A stretch of 32,000 nt of DNA from Propionibacterium freudenreichii subsp. freudenreichii (GCF_000940845.1 NZ_CP010341.1:870001-902000); one strand, 5' to 3'; shown: positions 1-8,455, counted from the stretch's first letter. Notes: generated by a model from the letters alone, not told the origin. Program-made: numbers and translations.

Positions 1-14
1 CCGATGCCGTCGGG

Positions 15-473
15 TTGGCGCGCGAGGTAGCGACGCGGGCCCATGCCGGCCAGGTGGACAAGGCGGGGGAGCCCTACATCGGTCACCCACGGCGGGTGGC
101 GCGGCGTGCCGGCGAACTGGCTGGCGGGCGGGGGTCGGGGTTCCGCGATGCGGCGGAGGCGGTCGGCTGGCTGCACGACGTGGTGGAGGACACCGAGCTG
201 GATGGCCCAGACCTTCGTCGGCTCGGGTTCAGCGACGAGGTTGTGGCGGCGGTGTTGGCGCTGACGCGCAGGGTGGGGGAGCCCGAGCCCGATTATGCGG
301 CGCGGGTTGCCGCGAATGAGCTCGCGATGGTCGTGAAGCGCGCAGACCTGGCCGATAACACCGACCCGGCTCGCACGGCGTTGCTCGATGAGGAGACCCG
401 GGTGCGGTTGGCGGAGAAGTATCGGGTGTTTCGGGGGTTGTTGGATGCGGCCTTGTTCGAAGCGGGTGAGTGA
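15..473 (+). CDS. HD-domain phosphohydrolase, RelA/SpoT-type (p)ppGpp-hydrolase-like (small alarmone hydrolase-like)
   Basis: Translation has AHAGQVDKAGEPYIGHPRRVA and WLHDVVEDT, the His...His-Asp signature of the RelA/SpoT hydrolase HD domain. The track start at 15 is TTG. The frame stays open to base 3, so the true start may lie upstream of the window. Confidence 0.7.
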   Translation: MAREVATRAHAGQVDKAGEPYIGHPRRVARRAGELAGGRGSGFRDAAEAVGWLHDVVEDTELDGPDLRRLGFSDEVVAAVLALTRRVGEPEPDYAARVAANELAMVVKRADLADNTDPARTALLDEETRVRLAEKYRVFRGLLDAALFEAGE

Positions 474-596
474 GTCGGCCTGCTATGCGTCGTCGCTGTC
501 GGCCTTGGAGGGCCAGTTGATCGCAGTGCTTCTTGAGATGCCCGCCGCCGCGACCGGCACACCGTTGCGGGTGGCGGCTACCAACTCCTGCTTAAG

Positions 597-961
597 TGTC
601 CTTCCTCGGGAGGTTGTGAACGGTTCGGGTCGTAAGGGAAGACCTCCGGGCAGGATGTGGGTTACCACACTCAATCCTGACCACGGAGGCCTTCATGACT
701 CACGCTAACGCACCCTTGACTCCTGCGGGCCGTCGCCGGTTGGCGATCGTGGTCGTCGAAGCGGGATGGTCACTGCGCCGGGCTGCGGAACGGTTTCAGG
801 TATTAGTGGGCGCCGCGAAACGGTAGGCCGATCGTTACCTGAACGGTGAATCTTTGACTGGCCTGTCGGCGCCTCTGGCGAGTTGTCCATGACGCCCGGA
901 ACGGGCCACGGAGTATGTTCCGCGTTCTCCGACCACATACCCAACTGCGCGGGCAAGAACA
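597..961 (+). mobile_element. Decayed, internally deleted IS481-family remnant (365 bp) retaining both terminal-repeat-like ends
   Basis: 597-622 (tgtccttcctcgggaggttgtgaacg) matches the left IR of the intact IS at 10204-10229 (reverse complement) at 24/26. The next ~200 nt (5' UTR and first ~35 codons) align with the intact copy at roughly 75-85% identity by eye. The right end 941-961 (ccaactgcgcgggcaagaaca) resembles the intact right end (acaacgtcacggggaagtaca). The flanks are cttaag (591-596) and cctagg (962-967), both NCTAGN-like. Confidence 0.6.
695..826 (+). pseudogene. Truncated IS481-family transposase (N-terminal HTH part only, 43 codons then TAG)
   Basis: ATG at 695 gives MTHANAPLTPAGRRRLAIVVVEAGWSLRRAAERFQ, about 30/35 identical to the N-terminus of the intact transposase (VTHANAPLTPEGRRRLAVLVVEQGWSLRRAAERFQ). 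It then diverges and stops at 824-826. A residual ADRY follows the stop. Confidence 0.65.
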
Positions 962-1002
962 CCTAGGGGTCGCCCCATCTCGGCGGAGGGTGCTTTGCTG
1001 CG

Positions 1003-1033
1003 AACACACAAAAACGGCCCCCGCAGGGACCGT
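1003..1033 (-). terminator. Intrinsic terminator downstream of tRNA-His
   Basis: The minus-strand RNA reads ACGGUCCC-UGCG-GGGGCCGU followed by UUUUGUGUGUU. That is an 8-bp stem (one G-U), a tetraloop and a U-rich tail, starting 14 nt after the tRNA 3' end. Confidence 0.65.
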
Positions 1034-1047
1034 CCTCGTGTCATAGG

Positions 1048-1124
1048 TGGGGTGGATGACGAGACTTGAACTCGCGACCACCTGGACCACAACCAGGGGC
1101 TCTACCAGCTGAGCTACATCCACC
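1048..1124 (-). tRNA. tRNA-His (anticodon GTG)
   Basis: The reverse complement folds as a cloverleaf: G(-1) gtggatg / gctc-agctggta-gagc / cctgg-ttGTGgt-ccagg / tggtc / gcgag-ttcaagt-ctcgt / catccac-C-CCA. The extra G-1 opposite C73 is the bacterial tRNA-His hallmark. CCA is encoded. Confidence 0.95.
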
Positions 1125-1198
1125 ATCGCTGCCCCGTGGGGCAGCTGTTGTATGTTAGCGGACCTTCAATGGTCACCCAAAATCGGCGACCCTCCGAG

Positions 1199-1879
1199 TC
1201 AGTCCTTGGAAGCCGAACCGGTGTCGGGCTCGCCGGCGAAATCGGCCTCGGGCGGCTCGTCGGGGTCCGAGAATCCGGTGAGGCTGCCCTGGTACTTGTG
1301 GGCGAGCGCACGTGCCTCGGACGCCGTGGGGCCGGGCTCGGGAACCATGATCGCGGCGCGGAAGTACTTCAACTCCTCGATCGATTCCTGGATGTCGGCC
1401 AGCGCACGATGGTTGCCGTGCTTGTCGGGGGCCTGGTAGTAGGTGCGCGGGTACCAGCGCTTGGCGAGCTCCTTGATCGAGCTCACGTCCACATTGCGGT
1501 AGTGCACCCAGGCCTCGAGCTCGGGCATGTCCTTGGCCAGGAAGGTGCGGTCGGTGCCGATCGTGTTGCCGGCCAGCGGCGCCTTGCGCTCGGTGGGCAC
1601 GTACTTCTTGATGTAGGCGAGCACCTGCTCCTCGGCCTCGCGCATCGTCGTCTTCACGTTCTTCAGCTCCGCGAGCAGACCCGACTTGGTGTGCATCTCG
1701 GTCACGAACTCACCCATATGGTCGAGGGCGTGTTTGCTGGGCTGGACGAGCACATCAATGCCATCGCCCTGCACATTGAGTTCGCCGTCTGTGACCAGAC
1801 AGGCAACCTCAATCAGTTCGTCGTTGGCAAGGTCAAGCCCCGTCATTTCGCAGTCGATCCACACGAGCATGTCTTTCAT
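1199..1879 (-). CDS. orn: Oligoribonuclease (DEDDh 3'-5' exonuclease)
   Basis: MKDMLVWIDCEMTGLD (Exo I D/E) and GNHRALADIQESI (H...D), with Orn-like length and layout. I prefer the ATG at 1879 over the TTG at 1888 by comparison with the usual M..LVWIDCEMTGL N-terminus. The C-terminal tail is acidic and Pro-rich. Confidence 0.9.
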   Translation of the reverse strand: MKDMLVWIDCEMTGLDLANDELIEVACLVTDGELNVQGDGIDVLVQPSKHALDHMGEFVTEMHTKSGLLAELKNVKTTMREAEEQVLAYIKKYVPTERKAPLAGNTIGTDRTFLAKDMPELEAWVHYRNVDVSSIKELAKRWYPRTYYQAPDKHGNHRALADIQESIEELKYFRAAIMVPEPGPTASEARALAHKYQGSLTGFSDPDEPPEADFAGEPDTGSASKD

Positions 1880-1890
1880 AACGCACAACT

Positions 1891-3156
1891 CTAGCCCCGG
1901 GTCGACGCGTCACCCGACGGTTCGGGTCCCGGGCCACCGCCAGCACCCACCGTCACCTCGGCCTCGTCGGGCACCACCTCACGCGGCACATAGCGGGCCA
2001 GCCAGCCGGTGCCGGCCAATCCGATCGCCCCCACCAGGATCGATGCGAAGGGCAGGCTCACCAGTGCGGTCGCGGCGCTGACGATCAGCGGTCCCAGTGC
2101 GGCGCCGCCGTCGCCGAAGACACGCCATCCGGCCAGGAACTGCGGACGCCCATAACTGGGGGACATGTCGGCGCCCAGCGTGTTGACGATTCCGCTCGAC
2201 ACGCCGTTGCCGAAGCCGAGCAGGCAGGCGACCAGCGCAATCGTGCCGGCGGTGTGGCTCAGCGGGAGCGCCAACAGGCACAGGCTCATCACGGCGATCG
2301 TGGGCACCGACACGAACCAGCGTCCGAAGCGGTCCATGATCCATCCGCCGGGGAAGAACAGCAGCACGTCGAAGCCCATTGAGATCGAATAGATCAGGCT
2401 GGTGGCCGCCGGCGAGATGCCATGCGCCTCACACCACAGCGGGATGATCGTCTGGCGCACCGAGCGGATCAGCATCAGGCACAGGCACCCGACACCCAGC
2501 GTCAACAACACGTGGCGGTGCTGCCGCAGGATGTCGAAGGTGGCCGGATGGTCCTCCTGCTGGCGCTGGCGGATACCCCGCAGGCCCGTCGGCTCGCCCG
2601 GAAGTGAGGGCATGGCCAACGTCACGACAGCGGCCAGGAAGCTCATCGCCCCGGCGAAGCAGAAGGCGGTGATCAGGTCCCAGCGGGTGATCACCGCGGC
2701 CGCCGCCAGGGGTCCGATGAACCAACCGATGCGGAAGACGCCCCCCAGCGTCGACATGGCACGGGCTCGCCAGTGCACCGGGATGCGTTCGGTGATGTAG
2801 GTCTGGCGGGCAAGGCTGAACACCGCCGCGGTGAGGCCCTGCAGGAACACGGCGATGGCCAGGACGACCAGCGAGCGCGCCACGAAGACCATCGCCATCG
2901 TGCAGGTGTCGATCAGGCAGGCCGCGACGATGGCGTATTTCTCGCCGAGGCGGTCGGCGACGATGCCTGCCGGCAGGTCACCCATCACCTGGGCCAGTGC
3001 ATTGAGGGCGGTGATGAAGGCGGCCAATCCGACGCTGGCGCCCAGCGCTCGGGCCTGGATTGCCACGAGCGGGATCACGGCCCCGAATCCGATGGACGCC
3101 ATCAGAGTGGGTCCATAGACCGCGAACAGCGTGCGGCCCCATCTCTGTTTCGTCAC
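1891..3156 (-). CDS. MFS transporter
   Basis: About 12 hydrophobic segments with MFS-like loops (GIVADRLGEKY, GWIMDRFGRW). The start is uncertain: GTG at 3156 (VTKQRWGRTLF...) or ATG at 3102 (MASIGF...). The track ORF reaches 3519 only because no stop intervenes, and that extension runs across tRNA-Arg. Confidence 0.8.
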   Translation of the reverse strand: MTKQRWGRTLFAVYGPTLMASIGFGAVIPLVAIQARALGASVGLAAFITALNALAQVMGDLPAGIVADRLGEKYAIVAACLIDTCTMAMVFVARSLVVLAIAVFLQGLTAAVFSLARQTYITERIPVHWRARAMSTLGGVFRIGWFIGPLAAAAVITRWDLITAFCFAGAMSFLAAVVTLAMPSLPGEPTGLRGIRQRQQEDHPATFDILRQHRHVLLTLGVGCLCLMLIRSVRQTIIPLWCEAHGISPAATSLIYSISMGFDVLLFFPGGWIMDRFGRWFVSVPTIAVMSLCLLALPLSHTAGTIALVACLLGFGNGVSSGIVNTLGADMSPSYGRPQFLAGWRVFGDGGAALGPLIVSAATALVSLPFASILVGAIGLAGTGWLARYVPREVVPDEAEVTVGAGGGPGPEPSGDASTRG

Positions 3157-3249
3157 AAGTAGACAGTCTGTCACCGGCGCACGACCCGCCGCGGGCGCGA
3201 CCACGGGCCGACGCCGACCCGGGCGCTCCACACCATTAGGCTTGTCATG

Positions 3250-3322
3250 GGCCCGGTAGCTCAGGGGATAGAGCAGCAGCCTTCTAATCTGTCGCGCGTG
3301 GGTTCGATTCCCACCCGGGCCG
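3250..3322 (+). tRNA. tRNA-Arg (anticodon TCT)
   Basis: Cloverleaf: ggcccgg / gctc-aggggata-gagc / gcagc-ctTCTaa-tctgt / cgcgc / gtggg-ttcgatt-cccac / ccgggcc-g. The anticodon stem has one G-U and a C-U mismatch at 31-39. The 3' CCA is not encoded exactly (gccca follows). Confidence 0.9.
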
Positions 3323-3395
3323 CCCAGCAATCGTCCACTCACGATCGCGCATGGCCTGACAGTTGACGCAAAGCGTGGGCCAGTAGGCTGTCGAC

Positions 3396-4898
3396 GTGCC
3401 CACGTCACCCCCAACCCCGAAGGCTGTTGCGAGTCCGACGGCCCTTGAGCGCCGCGAGCGCAGGCTCGTCGGCCTGCCGGCACCAGCAGTGCCCGGACGT
3501 GGCTGGTTCTCCTCGGCACTGCACCGCCCGACCACCTGGCTGCTGGTCGTCTTCTTCCCGCTGTGCGTCTTCCTGCTGTGGCGGGTCTACCTGATGTTCC
3601 GGGTGCAGACCATCACCTCGGTTGCCCAGGCCACCGAAAAGGCCGGCCAGCGCGTGGAACCCACCGTCGGCCAGTTCAACGAGGCCGTGGTCAAATGCGC
3701 CCAACTCGCGGCCATCTCGCTGGCGATCGGGCTGTTCCTCTATTTCCTGATCGACCGCATCCACCGCACCGGATTCCTACTCAAGGTCATCTGCGTGTTC
3801 TGGGGCGGCGCCGTCGCCGTGTACTTCGCGGTGTTCGTCAACAGTTGGGTTGCCGCCCTGCTGGGCGACAGCGCGAACGACGAGTCCGCCTCGACGAAGG
3901 CTGCGATCTACGTGGCGCCCTTCGTGGAGGAGTTCGCCAAGGCGACGGTGCTCATCCTGCTGGCGATCCTGGTGCGTCGACGCCTGGTGAGTGCCATCCA
4001 GGTGGTCACCCTCGCGGGCCTGTCGGCGATGTCGTTCGCCGCCACAGAGAACATCACCTATTACCTGAAGACCTATATGTCCGCCGCAATGGTCTACGGG
4101 CAGGACCCGACCAGCGCCCTGCGCGCCATGTTCCTGCAGCGTGGACTGCTCACCTGGTGGGGGCATCCACTGTTCACCACGTGCACCGCCATTGGAGTGG
4201 CCTTAGCCATGCGCAACCGCAGCAAGTGGGTGCGCGTCGGCGCACCCCTGGCCGGCTATCTGTGCGCGGCGACGCTCCACATGCTCTTCAACGGGTCGAG
4301 CCTGTTCTTCGGCGATGACGCCGGGGCGGCCATGACCTTCCTGCTCATCTTCGGTGCCAGCGGCGTGATCGGACTGCTCATCCGCTACTTCATCCACCTG
4401 CGCTCGGAGGGCCGGCTGGTGGGCCAGCGCCTGGCCGACTTCGTGCGCGAGGGCTGGCTGGACCCCCGCGATCCCCATGTGTTCAGCGGCTTCTTCCGAC
4501 GCGTCAAGCTGCTGCTCGCCGCCCTGCTGCGTGGCCCCCGCACCCTGATCGCCACCGTGCGCATCCAGCGCGCCATGATAGAGCTCGCCTATCTGCGGGC
4601 CTCGGTCACCTGGGGCACCGTGGACGAGGCCGGACAGCTCCGCTCGCGCGAACTGTTGGCCATCATCCGTGACGCGCGCGGCACCGGGCTCAGCGAGACC
4701 GACGGCCTGCACATCAAGCCCACCAACTGGACGTTGCGCAACATCCGCGCCGCGCTGGGGCGTCTCATCGCGCGGCTTCGTCCGCGCCGCAGTCCCGGTT
4801 CGACACCGCCCCCGGCACCACCGCCCACCGCCACCCCGGTGATCCCGCCCAGCCCGCAGGCAGGCCAGCCCGTGGGCGCCGGGCAGCGCTGGGGATGA
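3396..4898 (+). CDS. PrsW-family intramembrane protease with long cytoplasmic C-terminal extension
   Basis: Polytopic membrane protein with PrsW signature motifs: FVEEFAKA (EExxK), TENITYY, WGHPLFT and ATLHMLFN (HxxxN). The tail is Pro-rich. The GTG start at 3396 is uncertain. Confidence 0.8.
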   Translation: MPTSPPTPKAVASPTALERRERRLVGLPAPAVPGRGWFSSALHRPTTWLLVVFFPLCVFLLWRVYLMFRVQTITSVAQATEKAGQRVEPTVGQFNEAVVKCAQLAAISLAIGLFLYFLIDRIHRTGFLLKVICVFWGGAVAVYFAVFVNSWVAALLGDSANDESASTKAAIYVAPFVEEFAKATVLILLAILVRRRLVSAIQVVTLAGLSAMSFAATENITYYLKTYMSAAMVYGQDPTSALRAMFLQRGLLTWWGHPLFTTCTAIGVALAMRNRSKWVRVGAPLAGYLCAATLHMLFNGSSLFFGDDAGAAMTFLLIFGASGVIGLLIRYFIHLRSEGRLVGQRLADFVREGWLDPRDPHVFSGFFRRVKLLLAALLRGPRTLIATVRIQRAMIELAYLRASVTWGTVDEAGQLRSRELLAIIRDARGTGLSETDGLHIKPTNWTLRNIRAALGRLIARLRPRRSPGSTPPPAPPPTATPVIPPSPQAGQPVGAGQRWG

Positions 4899-4967
4899 TG
4901 GCGCGTGCGGGCAGGATGGCAGATGAGGGCCACGAGGTCCTGAGCAGAAGAGGGGAATCGGTACACC

Positions 4968-6815
4968 ATGGGAATCGCTGAGGGCCGGGCCACGGCTGGC
5001 GCCCGTGACCGGGCCGATGAGTCACTCAGTGAGTCCCTGGGCAGGCTGCGCGCCGACCTCGGCAGGGTGCGCCTGCCGCTCGAACTTGCCGACGCCCCCG
5101 ACCGCGAACGGCAGGCGGCCGCGATGGCCGCCCAACTCACTGACTATGTGCTGCCGCGGCTGGCCAACATCGACGCCCCGCTCCTGGCGGTGGTCGGCGG
5201 CTCGACCGGCGCCGGAAAGTCCACGCTAGTCAACTCCCTGATCGGCCGGACGGTCTCCCGGGCCGGGGTCATCCGTCCCACCACGCGCAGCCCACTCCTG
5301 GTGCACAACCCGGCCGACGCCGCCTGGTTCACCGATGACCGCATCCTGCCCGGCCTAGTACGCACCACGGTTGAATCCGTCGGGGCGCAGTCCCTGCAAT
5401 TGGTTCCCGAGCCGACGCTGCCACAGGGCCTCGCGCTGCTGGACGCCCCCGACATCGATTCCGTGGTCGCCGACAACCGGGCATTGGCCGGCCAGCTGTT
5501 GGAATCGGCCGACCTGTGGTTGTTCGTCACCTCCGCCGCCCGCTACGCAGACGCCGTGCCATGGTCATATCTCACCCGTGCCGCCGAGCGGGGGGCGGCG
5601 GTGGCCGTTGTCTGCGACCGGGTGCCTCCGGAGGCGATGCGAGAGGTCCCGGCCGACCTCGCCCGCCTCATGAGCGCCCAGGGGCTGGCTGACGCACCCC
5701 TGTTCCCCGTGCCGGAGACCACGCTGGACGCCTCCGGCCTGCTGCCGGCAGACATCGTGACGCCTATTCGTGATTTCCTCGCCGGGTTGGCCGGCAACAA
5801 TCAGCGGCGCCGCCAGGTGATCGCGCAAACCCTGCGCGGTGCGATCGGGGCCATCGTGCGCGGCAGCACCCGGGTGGCCGACGCCCTCGACGAGCAGAAC
5901 CGGGCCGCCAACCAGCTCAATGCCGACGCCACGGGGGCCTTCACGCGTGGTGCCGAGGCGGTGTCGGCCCAGTCCGCCGACGGCACCCTGCTGCGCGGCG
6001 AGGTGCTCGCCCGCTGGCACGAGTACGTGGGCACCGGCCAGATCACCCGCTTCATCGATGACACGGTGGGCCGACTGCGCGACCGCATCGGCAGGGCCCT
6101 GCGCGGTGAGCCCGGACGTGGCGAACAGGCCGCCGAAGCGGCCAGCAGCGGCTTGGAGCAGCTCATCGTCGCTGCTGCCGAGGACGCCACGGAGCAGGCC
6201 GCCACCGCCTGGCGCCAGTCGGTGGCGGGTCGGCCCCTGCTGGCCGAAGACCCACAGCTGGGCCACACCTCCGCCGACTTCGCCGCCCGGGTGGGTGTCG
6301 AGGTGCGCGACTGGCAGGGCGAGGTGCTGGAGCTGGTGCGCGAACAGGGCCACGGCCGTCGCCGCACGGCCCGCATCGCCGCGGCCGGCGTCAACGGCGT
6401 GGGGGCCGCGCTGATGCTGGTGATCTTTGCCCACACCGCCGGACTCACCGGGGCCGAGGTGGGCGTGGCCGGTGGCAGTGCCGTGGTGGCCCAACGCCTG
6501 CTGGAATCCATCTTCGGCGACGACGCGGTGCGTCGGCTCGCCGCAACCGCCAAGGAGTCCCTCGATGCCCGGGTGCAGGGCCTGATGGCCAGCGAACTCG
6601 TGCGCTTCACCGACGCCCTGCGCCGGCTGGGCATCGACCCCGAACTGGCCGGGGCGCTGCGGCACGCGGCTGCCGGGGCCGATGCCGCCAGCGCTGGAAA
6701 TGCGCAGTCGCTGATGCAGGCCATGAATGCCGCCGGCGCGCCACGAGATGACACGGCACGCGATGACACGGCACGCGATGACACGGCAAGGGACGACGAG
6801 GCAGGCCAGCAATGA
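4968..6815 (+). CDS. P-loop GTPase, dynamin-like / HSR1-type (paralogue 1, mostly soluble)
   Basis: Walker A/G1 GGSTGAGKSTLVNSLIG, followed by RPTT, LLDAPDIDS and LWLFVTSAARYADA. A long Ala/Arg-rich helical region follows, with one hydrophobic patch (GVGAALMLVIFAHTAGL). The C-terminal DDTAR repeats are at 6747-6806. Confidence 0.75.
   Translation: MGIAEGRATAGARDRADESLSESLGRLRADLGRVRLPLELADAPDRERQAAAMAAQLTDYVLPRLANIDAPLLAVVGGSTGAGKSTLVNSLIGRTVSRAGVIRPTTRSPLLVHNPADAAWFTDDRILPGLVRTTVESVGAQSLQLVPEPTLPQGLALLDAPDIDSVVADNRALAGQLLESADLWLFVTSAARYADAVPWSYLTRAAERGAAVAVVCDRVPPEAMREVPADLARLMSAQGLADAPLFPVPETTLDASGLLPADIVTPIRDFLAGLAGNNQRRRQVIAQTLRGAIGAIVRGSTRVADALDEQNRAANQLNADATGAFTRGAEAVSAQSADGTLLRGEVLARWHEYVGTGQITRFIDDTVGRLRDRIGRALRGEPGRGEQAAEAASSGLEQLIVAAAEDATEQAATAWRQSVAGRPLLAEDPQLGHTSADFAARVGVEVRDWQGEVLELVREQGHGRRRTARIAAAGVNGVGAALMLVIFAHTAGLTGAEVGVAGGSAVVAQRLLESIFGDDAVRRLAATAKESLDARVQGLMASELVRFTDALRRLGIDPELAGALRHAAAGADAASAGNAQSLMQAMNAAGAPRDDTARDDTARDDTARDDEAGQQ
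6747..6806 (+). repeat. 15-bp in-frame tandem repeat, 3 near-perfect units plus 1 degenerate unit (encodes DDTAR x3 + DDEAG)
   Basis: gatgacacggcacgc occurs at 6747-6761 and 6762-6776. gatgacacggcaagg is at 6777-6791. A degenerate unit gacgacgaggcaggc is at 6792-6806 (11/15). Confidence 0.95.
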
Positions 6816-8455
6816 TCTTCGGACGGCGCCAGAAGTCGGGGCAGGTCCCGCTCGGCGAGCGCATCACCGCCCTGTCGCAGGCAGCGGACCTGTGCCGCGG
6901 GCGCGTCGACGACGCGCTGGTGGACGCGGCGCTGCAGGCCGCGCAGCGGGCCGATGAGCGGCTCGGCCTGGGCGGCGAATACACCGTGGTGGCATTGGCC
7001 GGGGCCACCGGCTCGGGCAAGTCGAGCCTGTTCAACGGACTGGCCGGGGCACAGATCGCCACCGCGGGCGTCCGTCGGCCCACCACGGACCGCACCCTGG
7101 CGGCCTGGTGGGGAGACACCGAACCCGCCGAGTTGTTGGACTGGCTGAATGTGCCCGTCCGCAGGCCACTGGGCCGGGGCCGTCCCGAACTGTCCGGCCT
7201 CGTGCTGCTGGACCTTCCCGACTTCGACTCCACCTCTGCCCGGCACCGCGTCGAGGTGGAGCGCCTGCTCGGGCTCGTCGACATGTTCATCTGGGTGGTC
7301 GACCCGCAGAAATACGCCGACGCCGCCCTTCACGAGCGCTACCTGGCCCCGTTGGCGGCCCATGCCGGTGTGATGACCGTCGTGTTGAACCAGGCCGATC
7401 GCCTGACGCCCGAGGAGCTGCGGGCAGCCAGTGGCGACCTGCGTCGCCTGGTGGATGCCGATGGGCTGGGCAGCACGCCGCTCATGGTCACCTCGGCGAT
7501 GTCCGGCCTGGGGGTCGACGACCTGAGGCGCCGCATTGCCCGGGCGGTCCGCGACCGCAAGGTGGTGACCGAACGCCTCGCCACCGATATCGACCAGGCC
7601 GCGGTCGCGCTGGCGGGCCAGCTCGGGGAGCCCGCCACGATGAGGCTTCCCCGCGAACGCCTTGACGCGCTCGACCAGGCGTTGGCGGAGGCCGCCGGGA
7701 TCCCCCTGGTCACCCGTGCCGTCCTGGTGTCGTCGCGACACCGGGGATCACTGGCCACCGGCTGGCCGGTGCTGAGCTGGCTGGGGAGGTTCCGTCCCGA
7801 TCCGTTGCGACGCCTGCACCTCGGCCTGCCGGCCCTGCGGGGCCGGGGGACTGGTCAGCAGGCCAACCCGCCCGCCCAGGTGCAGCGCACGGCCCTGACC
7901 GGCGCCTCGGGGGGAGTGCAGGCGGCGCAGGTCTCCAGGGCCGTGCGGGCCCTGTCCGACGATGCCTCACGGGGCCTGCCCGCGGGCTGGGCCACCGCCG
8001 TGCGTGCGGCGTCGGTGTCCCATGCCGACGGACTGGCCGACGCCCTGGACCATGCGGTCGCCACCACCGGGCTGGCGATGGGTCGCGGACGGCGTTGGTG
8101 GGGTGTGGTGCGGATCGTCCAGTGGTTCCTGTTCGCCGTGTTGGTGGTGGGGGCCGGCTGGATGATCATCAACGCGCTGCTCGGCGGCGACCTGCTGCCG
8201 GTGCCGCGGTGGCGTCAGATGCCCGTGCCGGTGCTGCTGATGGTGGGCAGCGCACTCGGCGGGATCGTGGTGGCCGGTCTGGCCCGCCTCGGGGTCGAGG
8301 TCGGTGCCCGACACCGCAGTGCCGACGCGCAGGAGGCACTGATGCTGGCAGTGGCGCGCGTCACCGATGTGGCGGTCATCGCGCCGGTGGAAAGTGAACT
8401 TGAACGCTATGAGCAGGCGCGGCAGGCCGTCGCGACCGCGAAGGGAGAACAATGA
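6812..8455 (+). CDS. P-loop GTPase, dynamin-like / HSR1-type (paralogue 2, membrane-anchored)
   Basis: G1 LAGATGSGKSSLFNGLAG, RRPTT, LLDLPDFDS, FIWVVDPQKYADA and G4 NQAD. There are two hydrophobic helices near the C-terminus (WWGVVRIVQWFLFAVLVVGAGWMII and VPVLLMVGSALGGIVVAGLA). Its start overlaps the upstream stop (ATGA at 6812-6815), with GAGG about 11 nt upstream. Confidence 0.75.
   Translation: MIFGRRQKSGQVPLGERITALSQAADLCRGRVDDALVDAALQAAQRADERLGLGGEYTVVALAGATGSGKSSLFNGLAGAQIATAGVRRPTTDRTLAAWWGDTEPAELLDWLNVPVRRPLGRGRPELSGLVLLDLPDFDSTSARHRVEVERLLGLVDMFIWVVDPQKYADAALHERYLAPLAAHAGVMTVVLNQADRLTPEELRAASGDLRRLVDADGLGSTPLMVTSAMSGLGVDDLRRRIARAVRDRKVVTERLATDIDQAAVALAGQLGEPATMRLPRERLDALDQALAEAAGIPLVTRAVLVSSRHRGSLATGWPVLSWLGRFRPDPLRRLHLGLPALRGRGTGQQANPPAQVQRTALTGASGGVQAAQVSRAVRALSDDASRGLPAGWATAVRAASVSHADGLADALDHAVATTGLAMGRGRRWWGVVRIVQWFLFAVLVVGAGWMIINALLGGDLLPVPRWRQMPVPVLLMVGSALGGIVVAGLARLGVEVGARHRSADAQEALMLAVARVTDVAVIAPVESELERYEQARQAVATAKGEQ

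Noticed and set aside
1136-1894. 252-aa plus-strand ORF
   Set aside because: It is antisense to orn, and the minus-strand frame carries the DEDDh motifs.
3157-3519. N-terminal 121-codon extension of the MFS ORF (track ORF 1891-3519)
   Set aside because: The extension runs antisense straight through tRNA-Arg (3250-3322) and is Arg/Gly/Pro-rich. The transporter body begins near 3156 or 3102.
6747-6806. Possible CRISPR-like array
   Set aside because: The units are contiguous 15-mers without spacers, lie inside a coding frame and encode a pentapeptide repeat. This is not a CRISPR array.
5565-7741. 415-aa and 646-aa minus-strand ORFs (5565-6812 and 5801-7741)
   Set aside because: Both are antisense to the two GTPase genes. 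They are Arg/Pro/Ala/Ser-rich and without motifs, and the plus-strand frames carry Walker A and G motifs.
4968-8455. Assignment of the GTPase pair to the Eleos (LeoA/LeoBC, dynamin-type) antiphage system
   Set aside because: Only the generic features are shared: two GTPases, one of them membrane-anchored. The core-like context and composition, and the absence of neighbouring defence genes, do not support a defence-island call. I cannot run the homology search that would decide this.
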